The translations under genes and the position numbers were made by a program. A DNA stretch of 37,103 nt from a virus, in the IMG/VR virus record IMGVR_UViG_3300009372_000131. One strand, given 5' to 3'. Positions 18,438 to 27,776 of this stretch are shown here, piece by piece. The notes under the pieces are model-generated. The model did no database searches and was not told the DNA's origin. It saw only the letters and a program-made list of their open reading frames with translations. Every line of letters starts with the position of its first letter. The stretch's first letter is position 1.

Positions 18438-19171
18438 AAGATCACCTCCTTCTTGCGACTGTTCCAGTCAGACTTGCGAAGGATCCGAGCGCACCTGGCC
18501 TGCACCAGAGCCTCCTGCTCCCCAAGCCCTGCTTTGTCATAGGCAGCGAGGACCGTAGCCCATGTTGCACCGTCCTCATCGAGCATACGCGCGGCACGGG
18601 TGTTCCCAATTTTAGGGCAGCCGCCATACCCGTCAGTTGTGTCGCCGGCCAGCGTCTGCTTGAGATGGTTGTAATCTGCCTGCTCGACAGTCACATCGTA
18701 CACCTCAGCGTCATCCTTCCATGGGTTGTAATGTAGCCCAGGAATGGTGTCCAGGTCCTTGTCGATGCTCACGATGATCTTCTCCCCCTTGATCCGCGGT
18801 GAGGTCTGGAGGATGCCCAGCACATCATCAGCTTCGAGTTTGGGCATGACCCTTGATCGATACACATCGAGCACATACTCGCGCACCTCTGCGTAGCACA
18901 GGGGCTTGCGCTTCTTCTTACGATGAGACTTGTAAGTGGAGAGGATACCCTTGCGGAAGTTCTCCTGATCAGATACGCACATCACCACATCTGTAGCCTC
19001 GAGTTCATCTTTCAACTCGCAGACCTCCAGGTCTAAACGCTCCTTAGCCTCGCCCCCTTCGCTGGTCAGCGTGAAGCGATCTGGTGCCCACTCCGTACAC
19101 ACCTCTACAGCTATGGAGTATTGGTAGATCAATACATCGGCGTCAATCAATAGGGTTCGTCTCTCGCTCAT
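18425..19171 (-). CDS. 5'-3' exonuclease (T7 gp6-like, FEN/PIN fold)
   Basis: 248 aa. LLIDADVLIYQ, EADDVLGIL, SIDKDLDTIPG, GDTTDGYGG and the C-terminal ARILRKSDWN...VILWTP parallel T7 gp6 (MDGDWLVFQ, EGDDVMGVI, SCDKDFKTIPN, GDITDGYSG, ARILRFNEYN...IYLWRP). Confidence 0.95.
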   Translation of the reverse strand: MSERRTLLIDADVLIYQYSIAVEVCTEWAPDRFTLTSEGGEAKERLDLEVCELKDELEATDVVMCVSDQENFRKGILSTYKSHRKKKRKPLCYAEVREYVLDVYRSRVMPKLEADDVLGILQTSPRIKGEKIIVSIDKDLDTIPGLHYNPWKDDAEVYDVTVEQADYNHLKQTLAGDTTDGYGGCPKIGNTRAARMLDEDGATWATVLAAYDKAGLGEQEALVQARCARILRKSDWNSRKKEVILWTP

Positions 19172-19676
19172 CTTCTGTGTTTCCCTCCTCAGGGTCGTAA
19201 CAAATCCGTTTCGCTGCTCGAAGTTCTTTGATCAATCTCTCCCGCCGAACAGAACGCGGTTGAGATTTGTAGATGTCTATCAGCAGCTGCGCTTGCTGCT
19301 GCTTCTCATGCAGATAGGGGAAGACGCGCAGACTAAAATCAACTGCTTCCTGCCCGTAGACTGCCCACTCGTATGCTGAACGCCAACTCTTCTTCTGCGA
19401 TGTCCTCGATGAGAGCATGCCCCCGTAGCGCTCCATCAGATTGAAGAGCACAAACGGGAATGTGCTCCAGACTACGACTTTGACCCCTCCGCTCGGAGAT
19501 GCGTACCAGCAACCTTCACCGTCTGCATATCCTGCAGCGTAGATCTCATATTCCCTAGTGCGTGTCGGCCCATGTATCTCCGATAGAGTAGTCGCCGGCC
19601 ATTGGGCACGGAAAGCACGCGGCTTCCGCTGAATTAGAAATTGCCTGCACTGCAGCTTGCGCCAGGTCTTGGGCAT
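19143..19676 (-). CDS. LAGLIDADG-type homing endonuclease (single-motif, I-CreI-like)
   Basis: 177 aa. The motif YAAGYADGEGCW (19503-19538) is followed by the typical ...YEWAVYGQEAVDFSLRVFPYLHEKQQQAQLL pattern. The only canonical start is the ATG at 19676 (GGAGG 12 nt upstream). It overlaps the DNA polymerase 3' end by 122 nt and the exonuclease start by 29 nt. Confidence 0.55.
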   Translation of the reverse strand: MPKTWRKLQCRQFLIQRKPRAFRAQWPATTLSEIHGPTRTREYEIYAAGYADGEGCWYASPSGGVKVVVWSTFPFVLFNLMERYGGMLSSRTSQKKSWRSAYEWAVYGQEAVDFSLRVFPYLHEKQQQAQLLIDIYKSQPRSVRRERLIKELRAAKRICYDPEEGNTEDERETNPID

Positions 19677-21315
19677 GGTTTTCGATTACCTCCATCTGAA
19701 TTTCGTCATGGACATGAGCAACCATTGCCCACTGAATGCCATAGGCCAACCGGGTTGACATATGCCTATGCAGCAAGACGGTTGCGTATTTGCACAGTAT
19801 GCTTGCCCCTGATTGAAGGAGCAGATTCACCGCACTGTGCTTGGATCTAACTGGCATCTTCCTGTGATCGATGCCGCGCAGGTAACCTCTACCTGCAGCT
19901 GCAGTCACATCTTCTTTGAATCGCTTGAGTGCAGGCATCTTTGCATACCAGCGCTTCTGCAATTCGGCACCTTCCTTTGCACCCCCTCCAACTACCTCAC
20001 CTAGCAGTCGAGCTGATCCCCCGTATAGCCAGCAATAGACTGCGCGTTTCGCTTGGGCTCTCGTGATTTCCAAGGCATCAGCATTAGCCTGGTGCACATC
20101 AGAGTTCAGTACCGTGTCAATGTATTTGCCACCGTCATAACGCTCGAGGTAGCCGGCGAGAACGCGCAGCTCTGCTGACTTCAGGTCAACACCTACGAGT
20201 TTGTACCCAGCAGGAACGCAGAACAACTCACGAAATTCCTGACCGTACTCAGAACTCAAACTTGGCAATTGCGCCATGTTCGGCCTGATATGAGCGCAAC
20301 GCGATGATACTGTTCCGATGTGCATGACATGACCGTGGATGCGCGAGTCTCTACGCACAAGTTTCGTCAACGCATTCTTCCCGTGCGCCAACTGCCCCAA
20401 GCGCTTGTCGAGCAGCAGGGATTTCAGCAGCACCTTCGCCTCTGGGTAGGGCATCGCAGACAGCACTGCCTCATCGATACGAGGTCTGCCATCAGGCGTG
20501 AATAGCTCAGGCTCCCAGCCCATAGACTTGAAACGCTCTGCGATCTGCACTCTGGAGGACGGATTGAAAACGACAGTGCGCTCCTTCTTGATTTGCTTCT
20601 TAGGTGTCAAGTAGGTCTCTACCAGCGGAGGGAATGCAGCTTGGAGTTCATCACTGAGCCCAGCTCTGTCTGCTGTCAACCTGTTGACCAATGCGTCAGC
20701 TTTGACCTGGTCGAACAGGAAACCGTGCTGCTCCTGCAGCACTAGCGTGCCTGCGAACTGCTGCTCCAATGCCAGGGCAGCGTCAGGGATGTCCTGTTTG
20801 AGCAGGTAGTCAAAGAGTGCGGCTGTAGAGCGGCAGTCCTGGGCACAGTACTCGGCCAGGGCCGGCGAATACTCGAGCGTCTCCCAGTCCTCATCCTCAA
20901 AGTCATCACCAAAGGTATCCTTTTGTACACCGAGTCTGTGGCCCCAAGCCTTGAGTGAATGGCTACCTACTAGCTTCTTAGGCATGAACTCAGGCTCTTC
21001 AGAGAACCTGCGCCAGTCATTGTCTTTGATGCCAGGAAATGCAATGCGTGCCATCACCAGCGTGTCATTTATCACGCCTGATATTTTCGCATGGGGGTAG
21101 AGCGATTTGATGAGCGGGAAGTCGTAGGCAATGATGCCATGACCACATATCTCATCAGCCTGCTCAATGACCTGCAGCCCAGCGTCAATACTGTTGTGCT
21201 CATCCCCTGAATAGCTATCCACCGTGCCGTCTTCGTTCAACACACACAGGACTAGCAGTTTGCTGGCAGTGTCCAGCTTCCCGTTTGCTTCACAATCAAT
21301 TGTGATTCTCGTCAT
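19555..21315 (-). CDS. DNA polymerase, family A (T7 gp5-like) with N-terminal 3'-5' exonuclease
   Basis: 586 aa. Exo I ITIDCEANG, motif A VDLKSAELRVLA, motif B RAQAKRAVYCWLYG, motif C HVHDE, and a C-terminal ...IGDTWADTH ending in His as in T7 gp5. Confidence 0.95.
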   Translation of the reverse strand: MTRITIDCEANGKLDTASKLLVLCVLNEDGTVDSYSGDEHNSIDAGLQVIEQADEICGHGIIAYDFPLIKSLYPHAKISGVINDTLVMARIAFPGIKDNDWRRFSEEPEFMPKKLVGSHSLKAWGHRLGVQKDTFGDDFEDEDWETLEYSPALAEYCAQDCRSTAALFDYLLKQDIPDAALALEQQFAGTLVLQEQHGFLFDQVKADALVNRLTADRAGLSDELQAAFPPLVETYLTPKKQIKKERTVVFNPSSRVQIAERFKSMGWEPELFTPDGRPRIDEAVLSAMPYPEAKVLLKSLLLDKRLGQLAHGKNALTKLVRRDSRIHGHVMHIGTVSSRCAHIRPNMAQLPSLSSEYGQEFRELFCVPAGYKLVGVDLKSAELRVLAGYLERYDGGKYIDTVLNSDVHQANADALEITRAQAKRAVYCWLYGGSARLLGEVVGGGAKEGAELQKRWYAKMPALKRFKEDVTAAAGRGYLRGIDHRKMPVRSKHSAVNLLLQSGASILCKYATVLLHRHMSTRLAYGIQWAMVAHVHDEIQMEVIENHAQDLAQAAVQAISNSAEAACFPCPMAGDYSIGDTWADTH

Positions 21316-21643
21316 CAGTCTCCTCCTTGAGCTGTCGTTTCACTTCTTTGTCCCAATCGCAAATCGATTGGTAGAGCTGCAACCAGGCTGCGTCAGGGTC
21401 ACCCGCTCCAAACCCATTCGCGTCTGTCCAGTTGCGTGCTTGTGCTATTACCCTGAACCCTGCCAGCAGGAGCACGCGCATCTTCCGCATCCACACCTCG
21501 TTCTCCAAGCGCTCCTTTATCAGCAGCCTGTCTGATTTCCTGAGCGCCCTCTGCATTCTCTTTACCTGTGCACGCAATGCAAATTCAGCTAGAGATGCCT
21601 TGTGAGAAGGCCGCGGTTCGTCATCCATTGCTGTAAATTTCAA
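21296..21643 (-). CDS. Hypothetical protein
   Basis: 115 aa between the primase-helicase and the DNA polymerase, overlapping both. No motif recognised. Confidence 0.5.
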   Translation of the reverse strand: MKFTAMDDEPRPSHKASLAEFALRAQVKRMQRALRKSDRLLIKERLENEVWMRKMRVLLLAGFRVIAQARNWTDANGFGAGDPDAAWLQLYQSICDWDKEVKRQLKEETDDENHN

Positions 21644-23277
21644 AAGGGCACACCACTGTCGGCAGTTGTAGGCACAACCTTCAGCGCAGGATCAAACTCA
21701 ACTAGCCTTCCAGTCTCCTCGTCATAACGCAGATGCCCAGCTGGGCCACAGATACCTGACCAGCGATTTTTCACAATGGTCAGTTTGGTTTGATGCCTTG
21801 AGTCTTCCTCGCTAGTGATGTTGCGAGACAGTCCAATTACCCCGTCAGCGAGTTGAGCAATTCCACCAGACCCGCGGAGATGCGATAGCGCAACCTGTGC
21901 TCCGCCTTCATGATCGGTGTCAGAGACTCTGCGGAGGTGTGACACCACAATCAGACTGCAGTCTAGCTCAGAGCACAGCGTGCGTAAGGCAGTGAAGAGC
22001 ACATCTAAAGCCTTGCGCTCATCATCGAGACCAAGGCCGCTGATTGCCATATGGGCATGATCGAGGACAACGAACCTAGCACCCAGAGCCTTCACCGCGT
22101 AGCGAATGCGGTTCATCAGGGGCTCCAACTGCATGCTGCCAAAGTGCGCCCACATAATGCACTTGTCTCTGATCACCTCATCGAAGGCTGTCTGCAATTC
22201 ATCTTGATCTAATTCGTTTGGCGGCAGCAGATGGATAGGCTTTGACAGGTGCAGCGCAAGCAGAGCCAGGGCTGAACGCTTCACGCTTTCCTCAAGCCCG
22301 AAGAATGCAACTTTGTGCCCCTGCTTGATCAGTGAATAGGTGACCTCTCTGGTGAACTGAGTCTTGCCAACACCTGTGCCCGCCGCAATCACATACATCT
22401 CTGCGCGCAGCCCCCCGAACATATCGTTGAGTTTTTGATAAGGCCATTCAGCAACTGTGCCTGATTCCTTCTCAGTCAGCGCATCCCAAACCTCATCGCC
22501 AACGACAATGCCGTCAGGTGAATACGCTCTAGCCTGGAAGATCGCATCAATCACCTCTTTGCTGCGCCCTTGCGCGACCATCTCGCACGCATCTTTGAGA
22601 GGCAGGCGACCGATCTTTGCACGGCCTGGACTCAGGATCTCAGCGCATTCTGCTGCAGCTTTCTGCCCACTTGCATCTGAGTCGAAGAGCAGTACTACCT
22701 CACGCCAGGTTTCCAACCACTCGAGCTTCTTGAGGAATGTCTTCTTCGCACCCCCGTCCCCGCAGGGCACGCTGACAGTCGGCCACTTCCCCCCGCTTGC
22801 CTGCCAGACAGCATGAGCATCGTGCTCACCTGTGCACACAATCAGGCGACCGAAGACACTTGGACCTGGCGCAAACAAGTGGTCCCCATAGAATCCACAC
22901 TTGGACATGTTGCCTAGCACCTTGAAACTCTTGCCGGCGTACCTGAGTTTCTGCGCTACAACTGTCCCGCCTGAGTCACGGTACTGGAAGACCAGCACCC
23001 TCTGACCCGCTCTGTCTGTTGCAAAGCCACACCCAAATTTCTCGAGCGTCTCGCGGCTGAGGCGTCTGTTCTGAATTCCAGCAGCCTCACACTCCAGCAG
23101 CCCCGCGTCGCGCTTTACTACCTGACCGTTCGTAGGCACAGCGCTGCCCCCTGTGTTGGCCTTGCAGGAAAAGCAGTGCGCTGTGCCGTTGTCATACACA
23201 GCACGCGCATCGCTTGACCCGCAGTCAGGGCAGGGCTCGTGTCGCAGAAAGTTTGAAGGCTCAGAATCAAACGGCAT
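21640..23277 (-). CDS. Bifunctional primase-helicase (T7 gp4-like)
   Basis: 545 aa. N-terminal zinc ribbon CPDCGS...CFSC, TOPRIM-like CTGEHDAHAV / LLFDSDASGQ, DnaB-type Walker A AAGTGVGKT and Walker B VVLDH. Confidence 0.95.
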   Translation of the reverse strand: MPFDSEPSNFLRHEPCPDCGSSDARAVYDNGTAHCFSCKANTGGSAVPTNGQVVKRDAGLLECEAAGIQNRRLSRETLEKFGCGFATDRAGQRVLVFQYRDSGGTVVAQKLRYAGKSFKVLGNMSKCGFYGDHLFAPGPSVFGRLIVCTGEHDAHAVWQASGGKWPTVSVPCGDGGAKKTFLKKLEWLETWREVVLLFDSDASGQKAAAECAEILSPGRAKIGRLPLKDACEMVAQGRSKEVIDAIFQARAYSPDGIVVGDEVWDALTEKESGTVAEWPYQKLNDMFGGLRAEMYVIAAGTGVGKTQFTREVTYSLIKQGHKVAFFGLEESVKRSALALLALHLSKPIHLLPPNELDQDELQTAFDEVIRDKCIMWAHFGSMQLEPLMNRIRYAVKALGARFVVLDHAHMAISGLGLDDERKALDVLFTALRTLCSELDCSLIVVSHLRRVSDTDHEGGAQVALSHLRGSGGIAQLADGVIGLSRNITSEEDSRHQTKLTIVKNRWSGICGPAGHLRYDEETGRLVEFDPALKVVPTTADSGVPF

Positions 23278-23713
23278 GGGCTGCAGTGAATGGGTAGAGG
23301 TTGACGAGAACGCCAGGGGGCTCTTCAGCAGTCGCGTAAATCTTCAGCGCATTGATCGACAGCACCTGGTTGTCATCGTGCAGCAGCACTGGAACCAGCG
23401 CATCTCCGACAGCGCGAATAAGTTTGTCGAGATCTGGTTTTTTTGTCGGCCACTTCGGTGCACTAGGGCGCAATCCTTTTGTACCCCAATGCCCCTTAGG
23501 ACGCGGCAGATAGAAGATCAGGTCAAGCACCACAGGTTCCGTAGGTGTGATCGTCCACATCCCACTCTCAGCCTGTGCTGTATTGGCTACCAACGCCCGC
23601 CACTCTTTGAGTCCCTTCGCTGCACTGGTCAGCCTTGGCTTTCCAGCGATCATGAAGGCACGCATCGAGCCTTGCGGGCGCGGCAGTCCGAATGTCCTGA
23701 ACTGGACAGGCAC
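23267..23713 (-). CDS. RusA-family Holliday junction resolvase, in the position of T7 endonuclease I
   Basis: 148 aa. GLPRPQGSMRAF and KKPDLDKLIRAVGDAL...HDDNQV match RusA (RDLDNLQKAAFDAL...LDDAQV). Confidence 0.7.
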   Translation of the reverse strand: MPVQFRTFGLPRPQGSMRAFMIAGKPRLTSAAKGLKEWRALVANTAQAESGMWTITPTEPVVLDLIFYLPRPKGHWGTKGLRPSAPKWPTKKPDLDKLIRAVGDALVPVLLHDDNQVLSINALKIYATAEEPPGVLVNLYPFTAAHAV

Positions 23714-24397
23714 TTAGAAGTCACCGTCATCAGCAACTTCAGCGGGAGTGTTGAACACCTCATTGAATTCCTCTGCCGCGGTAAACCCGTCCTGCTTCTT
23801 GAGCCCTACAGGACCCTCCCCTCCAGGCCGCGGCACATACTTGATCAGCTGCACGCTTTGGATCTGCAGTTTCACGCCTGTGTTACCACTAGCAGTCCAT
23901 GCCCAAGGCTGGGAGGTCACAATGATTTCGCTGCCGGCCCCGATGTCAATATTTTCTATCGGGTAGAGGCTTGAGTCAAAGAGTCCAACCCTGCGTACCC
24001 ATTCGCCTGCATCCGTCACCGAAACCCGTTCCAACTTGAACCTGAAATAGGTTTCACCGGTAGGCTCCCCGTTCTTGTCCATGACCAGGCCATAAGGTGG
24101 GTCTGCCCGCTTTGTGTTCTTACCTCCTGCTGAGGCTGAAGCAACTGCCTCGTCCATTAGCTCATCGATCTGTGCTTTGAAGTCTTCTGCATCGCGTCCT
24201 TCTAGGGCAAGGTCAACCTTGTAAGTGCCGTACTGGATACCAGCGGCATGCCCGCGGGGGCCTTCCTTTTTCTGGGTGACCTTCACTGCTGCACCGTTCT
24301 CACCTTTGGGTGCGTAACGAGTGTCTGGGTGCAGTAAGGAAGGCCAACGGGCCACACCTATAGGGCTGACAAGTATTTTGGCTTTCTTCTTCTTCAT
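23714..24397 (-). CDS. Single-stranded DNA-binding protein (T7 gp2.5-like)
   Basis: 227 aa. GTYKVDL and GVKLQIQSVQL parallel T7 gp2.5 (GVYKVDL, SVKLQLESVML). The acidic C-terminal tail ends ...ADDGDF, as in T7 ...EDGDF. Confidence 0.9.
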   Translation of the reverse strand: MKKKKAKILVSPIGVARWPSLLHPDTRYAPKGENGAAVKVTQKKEGPRGHAAGIQYGTYKVDLALEGRDAEDFKAQIDELMDEAVASASAGGKNTKRADPPYGLVMDKNGEPTGETYFRFKLERVSVTDAGEWVRRVGLFDSSLYPIENIDIGAGSEIIVTSQPWAWTASGNTGVKLQIQSVQLIKYVPRPGGEGPVGLKKQDGFTAAEEFNEVFNTPAEVADDGDF

Positions 24398-24411
24398 ATT
24401 CTCTCCTTTGA

Positions 24412-26829
24412 CTAATGGAAAAAGTAGGGTGAGTCCTTAACGGACTCAACAGGGAAATCGCCTTGCGGCGGGGGAGGAGGACACTCGACACCAGCAGGTA
24501 GCATTGCATCTACCTCGGCTTTGAATGCCTCGAAGGGATTGCCTGAGAAGATCTCAGCCCAGGCAGAACGGAGTGCCTTATGCAGGCGGGGGATGTTGGC
24601 CGCGTGCACTCCGTACGAATCGTGGACGCATGACCAGGCAGTGATTGCATCATCACCCTTGCTGGCCTGGGCTACGGTGAGCTGACACGCAGCAGCATCG
24701 TAGGAATGGATGAGGTTAGCCGGCGTGGCTTGGCGCACTCGGCGTCCGTTGATCTCGTCTTGATCTACCCTATAGAGGTGCTTGCGGCATACCTCACCTA
24801 CTGAGCTCTTGATCCTCACCGTCTCCCACTTGCTGTAGCGCTGAACAACAGGGAATCCTACAACAGGGGTTGTCCAGCGCAGCGCAATCCCATGACTGGT
24901 GCATAGGTCTGCTACCCCGTGGAGCCAAGCCATAGCAACCTTTGCTGCGACCACTGTCTCGCCTATCGCGTCCCACATGATCTGCGCCAAGAATGTGCAA
25001 TGATCATAGGTGTCTAGCGTGAACGGTGTAGGTTGACCGCCTAAGCGCAGATCGTCATACCAGGCAGTGATTGAGCGCTGGCATGAATAGATCGTGCTTC
25101 CATAGCACAAGGTCATCGTGGGTTTTTTAGCGGCAGATCTTGGCATCTCACCATCAACAAACTGCAGCCAGCCCTTCGCATGCGGGTGGTCTGAAGCCTC
25201 GAGTTTTTGAGTCACAAGATCGGAGACCTCCTGATAAATATCCGCAGGTCTATCAGCTGGCGCAACACTCACAGATGCTGCTGTCTCTGCGTGTCTCATC
25301 GCAAGAGCGAAACACTGAAGACCATTGTTCACCCCATCCACATGCACAGGCAGATGACTCACGAACCCTAGCCCCTTGTCAAGGAATTCACCGTACTCCA
25401 AACACCATGCGAGGAATTCCCAAGCGCTCCCCTCTGCCTCTGTCCACCAGGTACATGAGATCGGGTCAGAATAGACCTCATAGATCGCTGACCTATTGTC
25501 ATGCACCCACTGAATTCGTTCAGCGAATGAGCACTTGTCAATGCCAAAGTGGTTGGCACCTGAGATGGCAAACGCATCAGCCTGCTCTTGATTTGTGATT
25601 GCCATCCCATCCCAGAATTCAAGCAGGGATCGCGCCTTCTCATCTCCCTGCGGCTGAAGGAAATAGGGAACAGGGTAGAGGCGTGATCGGAAGTCAGCGC
25701 TCATCGGGAAGTAGAAGGGAATGAACTCGAACTTCTCTGCCATGTATAACAAGCGTGCGATTTGTACACGCTTGCTCTTCAGCTTGAGATTGCGCTGGTG
25801 TACAGCTGCCGCGGTGCGCTTCCACTGCTTGAGGATGACCTTGTCTTCAGCCATTCCCGGCAGTGGGGGAGGGAGCTCAAGATCATTACGCGAGGGCAGG
25901 CCGGCGATCTCTGAGGACTCATCCCAGAAATGCTTGAGCACAGTCAGCACATTCTGATTGACCCTCCACTTAGTGCGCTGCAATGCGTTGACCGCATCGT
26001 AGAACAGCGGCATCTCGGTTGAGTCAAGGTCAGCCAGGTATGCGTTCCTCGTGGTCTTCACCAAGGGCTTGCGTAGGATCTCGTTTGTGTGATAGCCCCC
26101 GCCCCTCATTGCAAGGTGATCGAGAGGTATTGCAACAGTAGGCAGCCAGAACGGCATCAGCACCTCATGCTGTGCATGCGCCGAGTGCAGCCAGTCTTCT
26201 GTGGCTTTGGTTGCTGCTAGCATTGTCTGCTTGCGACCGCGGTGATTGGTTTGAGTGCAGACAGTGATCACTCCCTCTGCTGCACATGTCATGCCTATTG
26301 TTGCCTGCCGCATCAGCTCGATTGCAGCCAAGCCAACCTTGATGCGTTGCTTCTTAGGCATCGCTTCGACTTCAGTCTTGTGCCACACCGCACCTGAGTG
26401 CAGAGCCCTGCGTACAAAGTGCCTGCTGCTCAACTTGTGTCGGCGCAGGATGCGATTGAATTTGACAGGGTGCTCCTCTTTGAACCTGGAGAAATTGATC
26501 TCGTCCTCAATCGCTGCACCGATATGCTCTGCTGCGCTGATCATGCTGCGCCTCAGGCAGATGTCATCTAGCACTGCACGCGCAATGATGTGCGCGGCGA
26601 TGTTAGGATCCAGGCGCTTGAGAGTTTTGACCGCGGGCCTCGTATGAGCGTGAGGGTCTGATGTCCAGCGCTCGATAGCGTCAGCGAGAACTGCAACGCA
26701 TTCACGCAGCAGATGCTGACCTGGCGCAGTCACTGTCTCACGCCGGCCAGCGCGTGCTGAAGCTACCGTCTGCCTGTACCGAGTGATGCCTGCGTTCAGC
26801 ATCTCGATTTCTAGTTCAGCTTGACGCAT
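24412..26829 (-). CDS. Single-subunit DNA-directed RNA polymerase (T7 gp1-like)
   Basis: 805 aa. VHVDGVNNGLQ (motif A Asp), RSAAKKPTMTLCYGS (motif B region), CVHDSYG (motif C). The N-terminal ELEIEMLNAGITRYRQ resembles T7 RNAP. Confidence 0.95.
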   Translation of the reverse strand: MRQAELEIEMLNAGITRYRQTVASARAGRRETVTAPGQHLLRECVAVLADAIERWTSDPHAHTRPAVKTLKRLDPNIAAHIIARAVLDDICLRRSMISAAEHIGAAIEDEINFSRFKEEHPVKFNRILRRHKLSSRHFVRRALHSGAVWHKTEVEAMPKKQRIKVGLAAIELMRQATIGMTCAAEGVITVCTQTNHRGRKQTMLAATKATEDWLHSAHAQHEVLMPFWLPTVAIPLDHLAMRGGGYHTNEILRKPLVKTTRNAYLADLDSTEMPLFYDAVNALQRTKWRVNQNVLTVLKHFWDESSEIAGLPSRNDLELPPPLPGMAEDKVILKQWKRTAAAVHQRNLKLKSKRVQIARLLYMAEKFEFIPFYFPMSADFRSRLYPVPYFLQPQGDEKARSLLEFWDGMAITNQEQADAFAISGANHFGIDKCSFAERIQWVHDNRSAIYEVYSDPISCTWWTEAEGSAWEFLAWCLEYGEFLDKGLGFVSHLPVHVDGVNNGLQCFALAMRHAETAASVSVAPADRPADIYQEVSDLVTQKLEASDHPHAKGWLQFVDGEMPRSAAKKPTMTLCYGSTIYSCQRSITAWYDDLRLGGQPTPFTLDTYDHCTFLAQIMWDAIGETVVAAKVAMAWLHGVADLCTSHGIALRWTTPVVGFPVVQRYSKWETVRIKSSVGEVCRKHLYRVDQDEINGRRVRQATPANLIHSYDAAACQLTVAQASKGDDAITAWSCVHDSYGVHAANIPRLHKALRSAWAEIFSGNPFEAFKAEVDAMLPAGVECPPPPPQGDFPVESVKDSPYFFH

Positions 26830-27776
26830 TACCTGATCCTTGCCCAGAGATCTCTGAGTGCGAGGGCTGCTTGTTGGGGGACAACGGCATTGCCGAGGGC
26901 TCTAAGCTGATCCACCCGCACGGGAACCCCATCAACCACTCCACGAATAGAGGATTCAGTCGCAGGCCAGAGGTCCTCTGGGACATTTGACCAGTCTCCT
27001 TCGGGACCTGGTGGGAAGGTGGCGTCTGAAACCTCTGCTCTGCTGCCTCGTCTAGCTGCCCTTGGCGTTGGTCTAGTTGAAACGATCCCTTGTGGTCGTT
27101 TGCTCCTGGTGTCGGCCAAGCCTTTGCCTCCTTGTCCTGAGTTACACCCTTGTGGTCTCTCTCTGCGGGAGTGCGCCACTGCCTCATCGAGTCGGTCAAT
27201 GTTGTCCCTGGATGCATCACCCCCGTCTTGGTCGAGTGCCTGCCGCTCGAACGGGAATCCCCTGCCACAGCGGTAGGCCAAGACGAACACTCTGTTTCTG
27301 CGCTGAGTAGATCCGGCTTGGGCTGCGGAATAAACTCCCCACTCAGCATCGAACCCCAGTTCCATGAGATCTTCGAGGACTTGACGAAGTCCCTTGGAGA
27401 TATGTCCTTGGACATTTTCGAGAACAACGAGAGCTGGCCCACATTCTCTGATGATTCGCTTGACCTCAGGCCAGAGGTGTCGAGGGTCTTCAACTCCTTT
27501 GCGTGCTCCTGCACAGGAGAAGGGTTGGCATGGGTATCCCGCAGAGACAATATCCACGCATCCACTCCACGCTGCGCCATCGAAGGATCTAAGATCCGTC
27601 CACACAGGAGCGGGAGCCAGCCTCCCTTCCTCCATGCGCGATACCAGGACTTGGCAGCACGCGGCTTCCCTCTCCACGAAACAGACTGTTCGAGCGCCTG
27701 GAAACGCCAATTCGATTCCGAGATCGAGTCCTCCGATTCCTGAACAGAGGCTGAGTACCCTGGGACAACTATCCAC
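26829..27776 (-). CDS. DNA (cytosine-5)-methyltransferase, frame A. The catalytic motifs are intact, but the region between motifs VIII and X reads as low complexity.
   Basis: 315 codons, GTG start. Motif I LSLCSGIGGLDLG, IV PCQPFS, VI ENV, VIII QRRNRVFVL, X LGNAVVP. See the frame B segment and the findings. Confidence 0.8.
   Translation of the reverse strand: MDSCPRVLSLCSGIGGLDLGIELAFPGARTVCFVEREAACCQVLVSRMEEGRLAPAPVWTDLRSFDGAAWSGCVDIVSAGYPCQPFSCAGARKGVEDPRHLWPEVKRIIRECGPALVVLENVQGHISKGLRQVLEDLMELGFDAEWGVYSAAQAGSTQRRNRVFVLAYRCGRGFPFERQALDQDGGDASRDNIDRLDEAVAHSRRERPQGCNSGQGGKGLADTRSKRPQGIVSTRPTPRAARRGSRAEVSDATFPPGPEGDWSNVPEDLWPATESSIRGVVDGVPVRVDQLRALGNAVVPQQAALALRDLWARIR
26912..27280 (-). other. 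Alternate-frame (frame B) segment inside the methyltransferase gene, carrying target-recognition-domain-like motifs
   Basis: Part of track ORF 26816..27778. WPTAVAGDSR, WRTPAERDHKG, WPTPGANDHKGS and LNPLFVEWLMGFPCGW, offset by one nucleotide from frame A. Confidence 0.6.
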
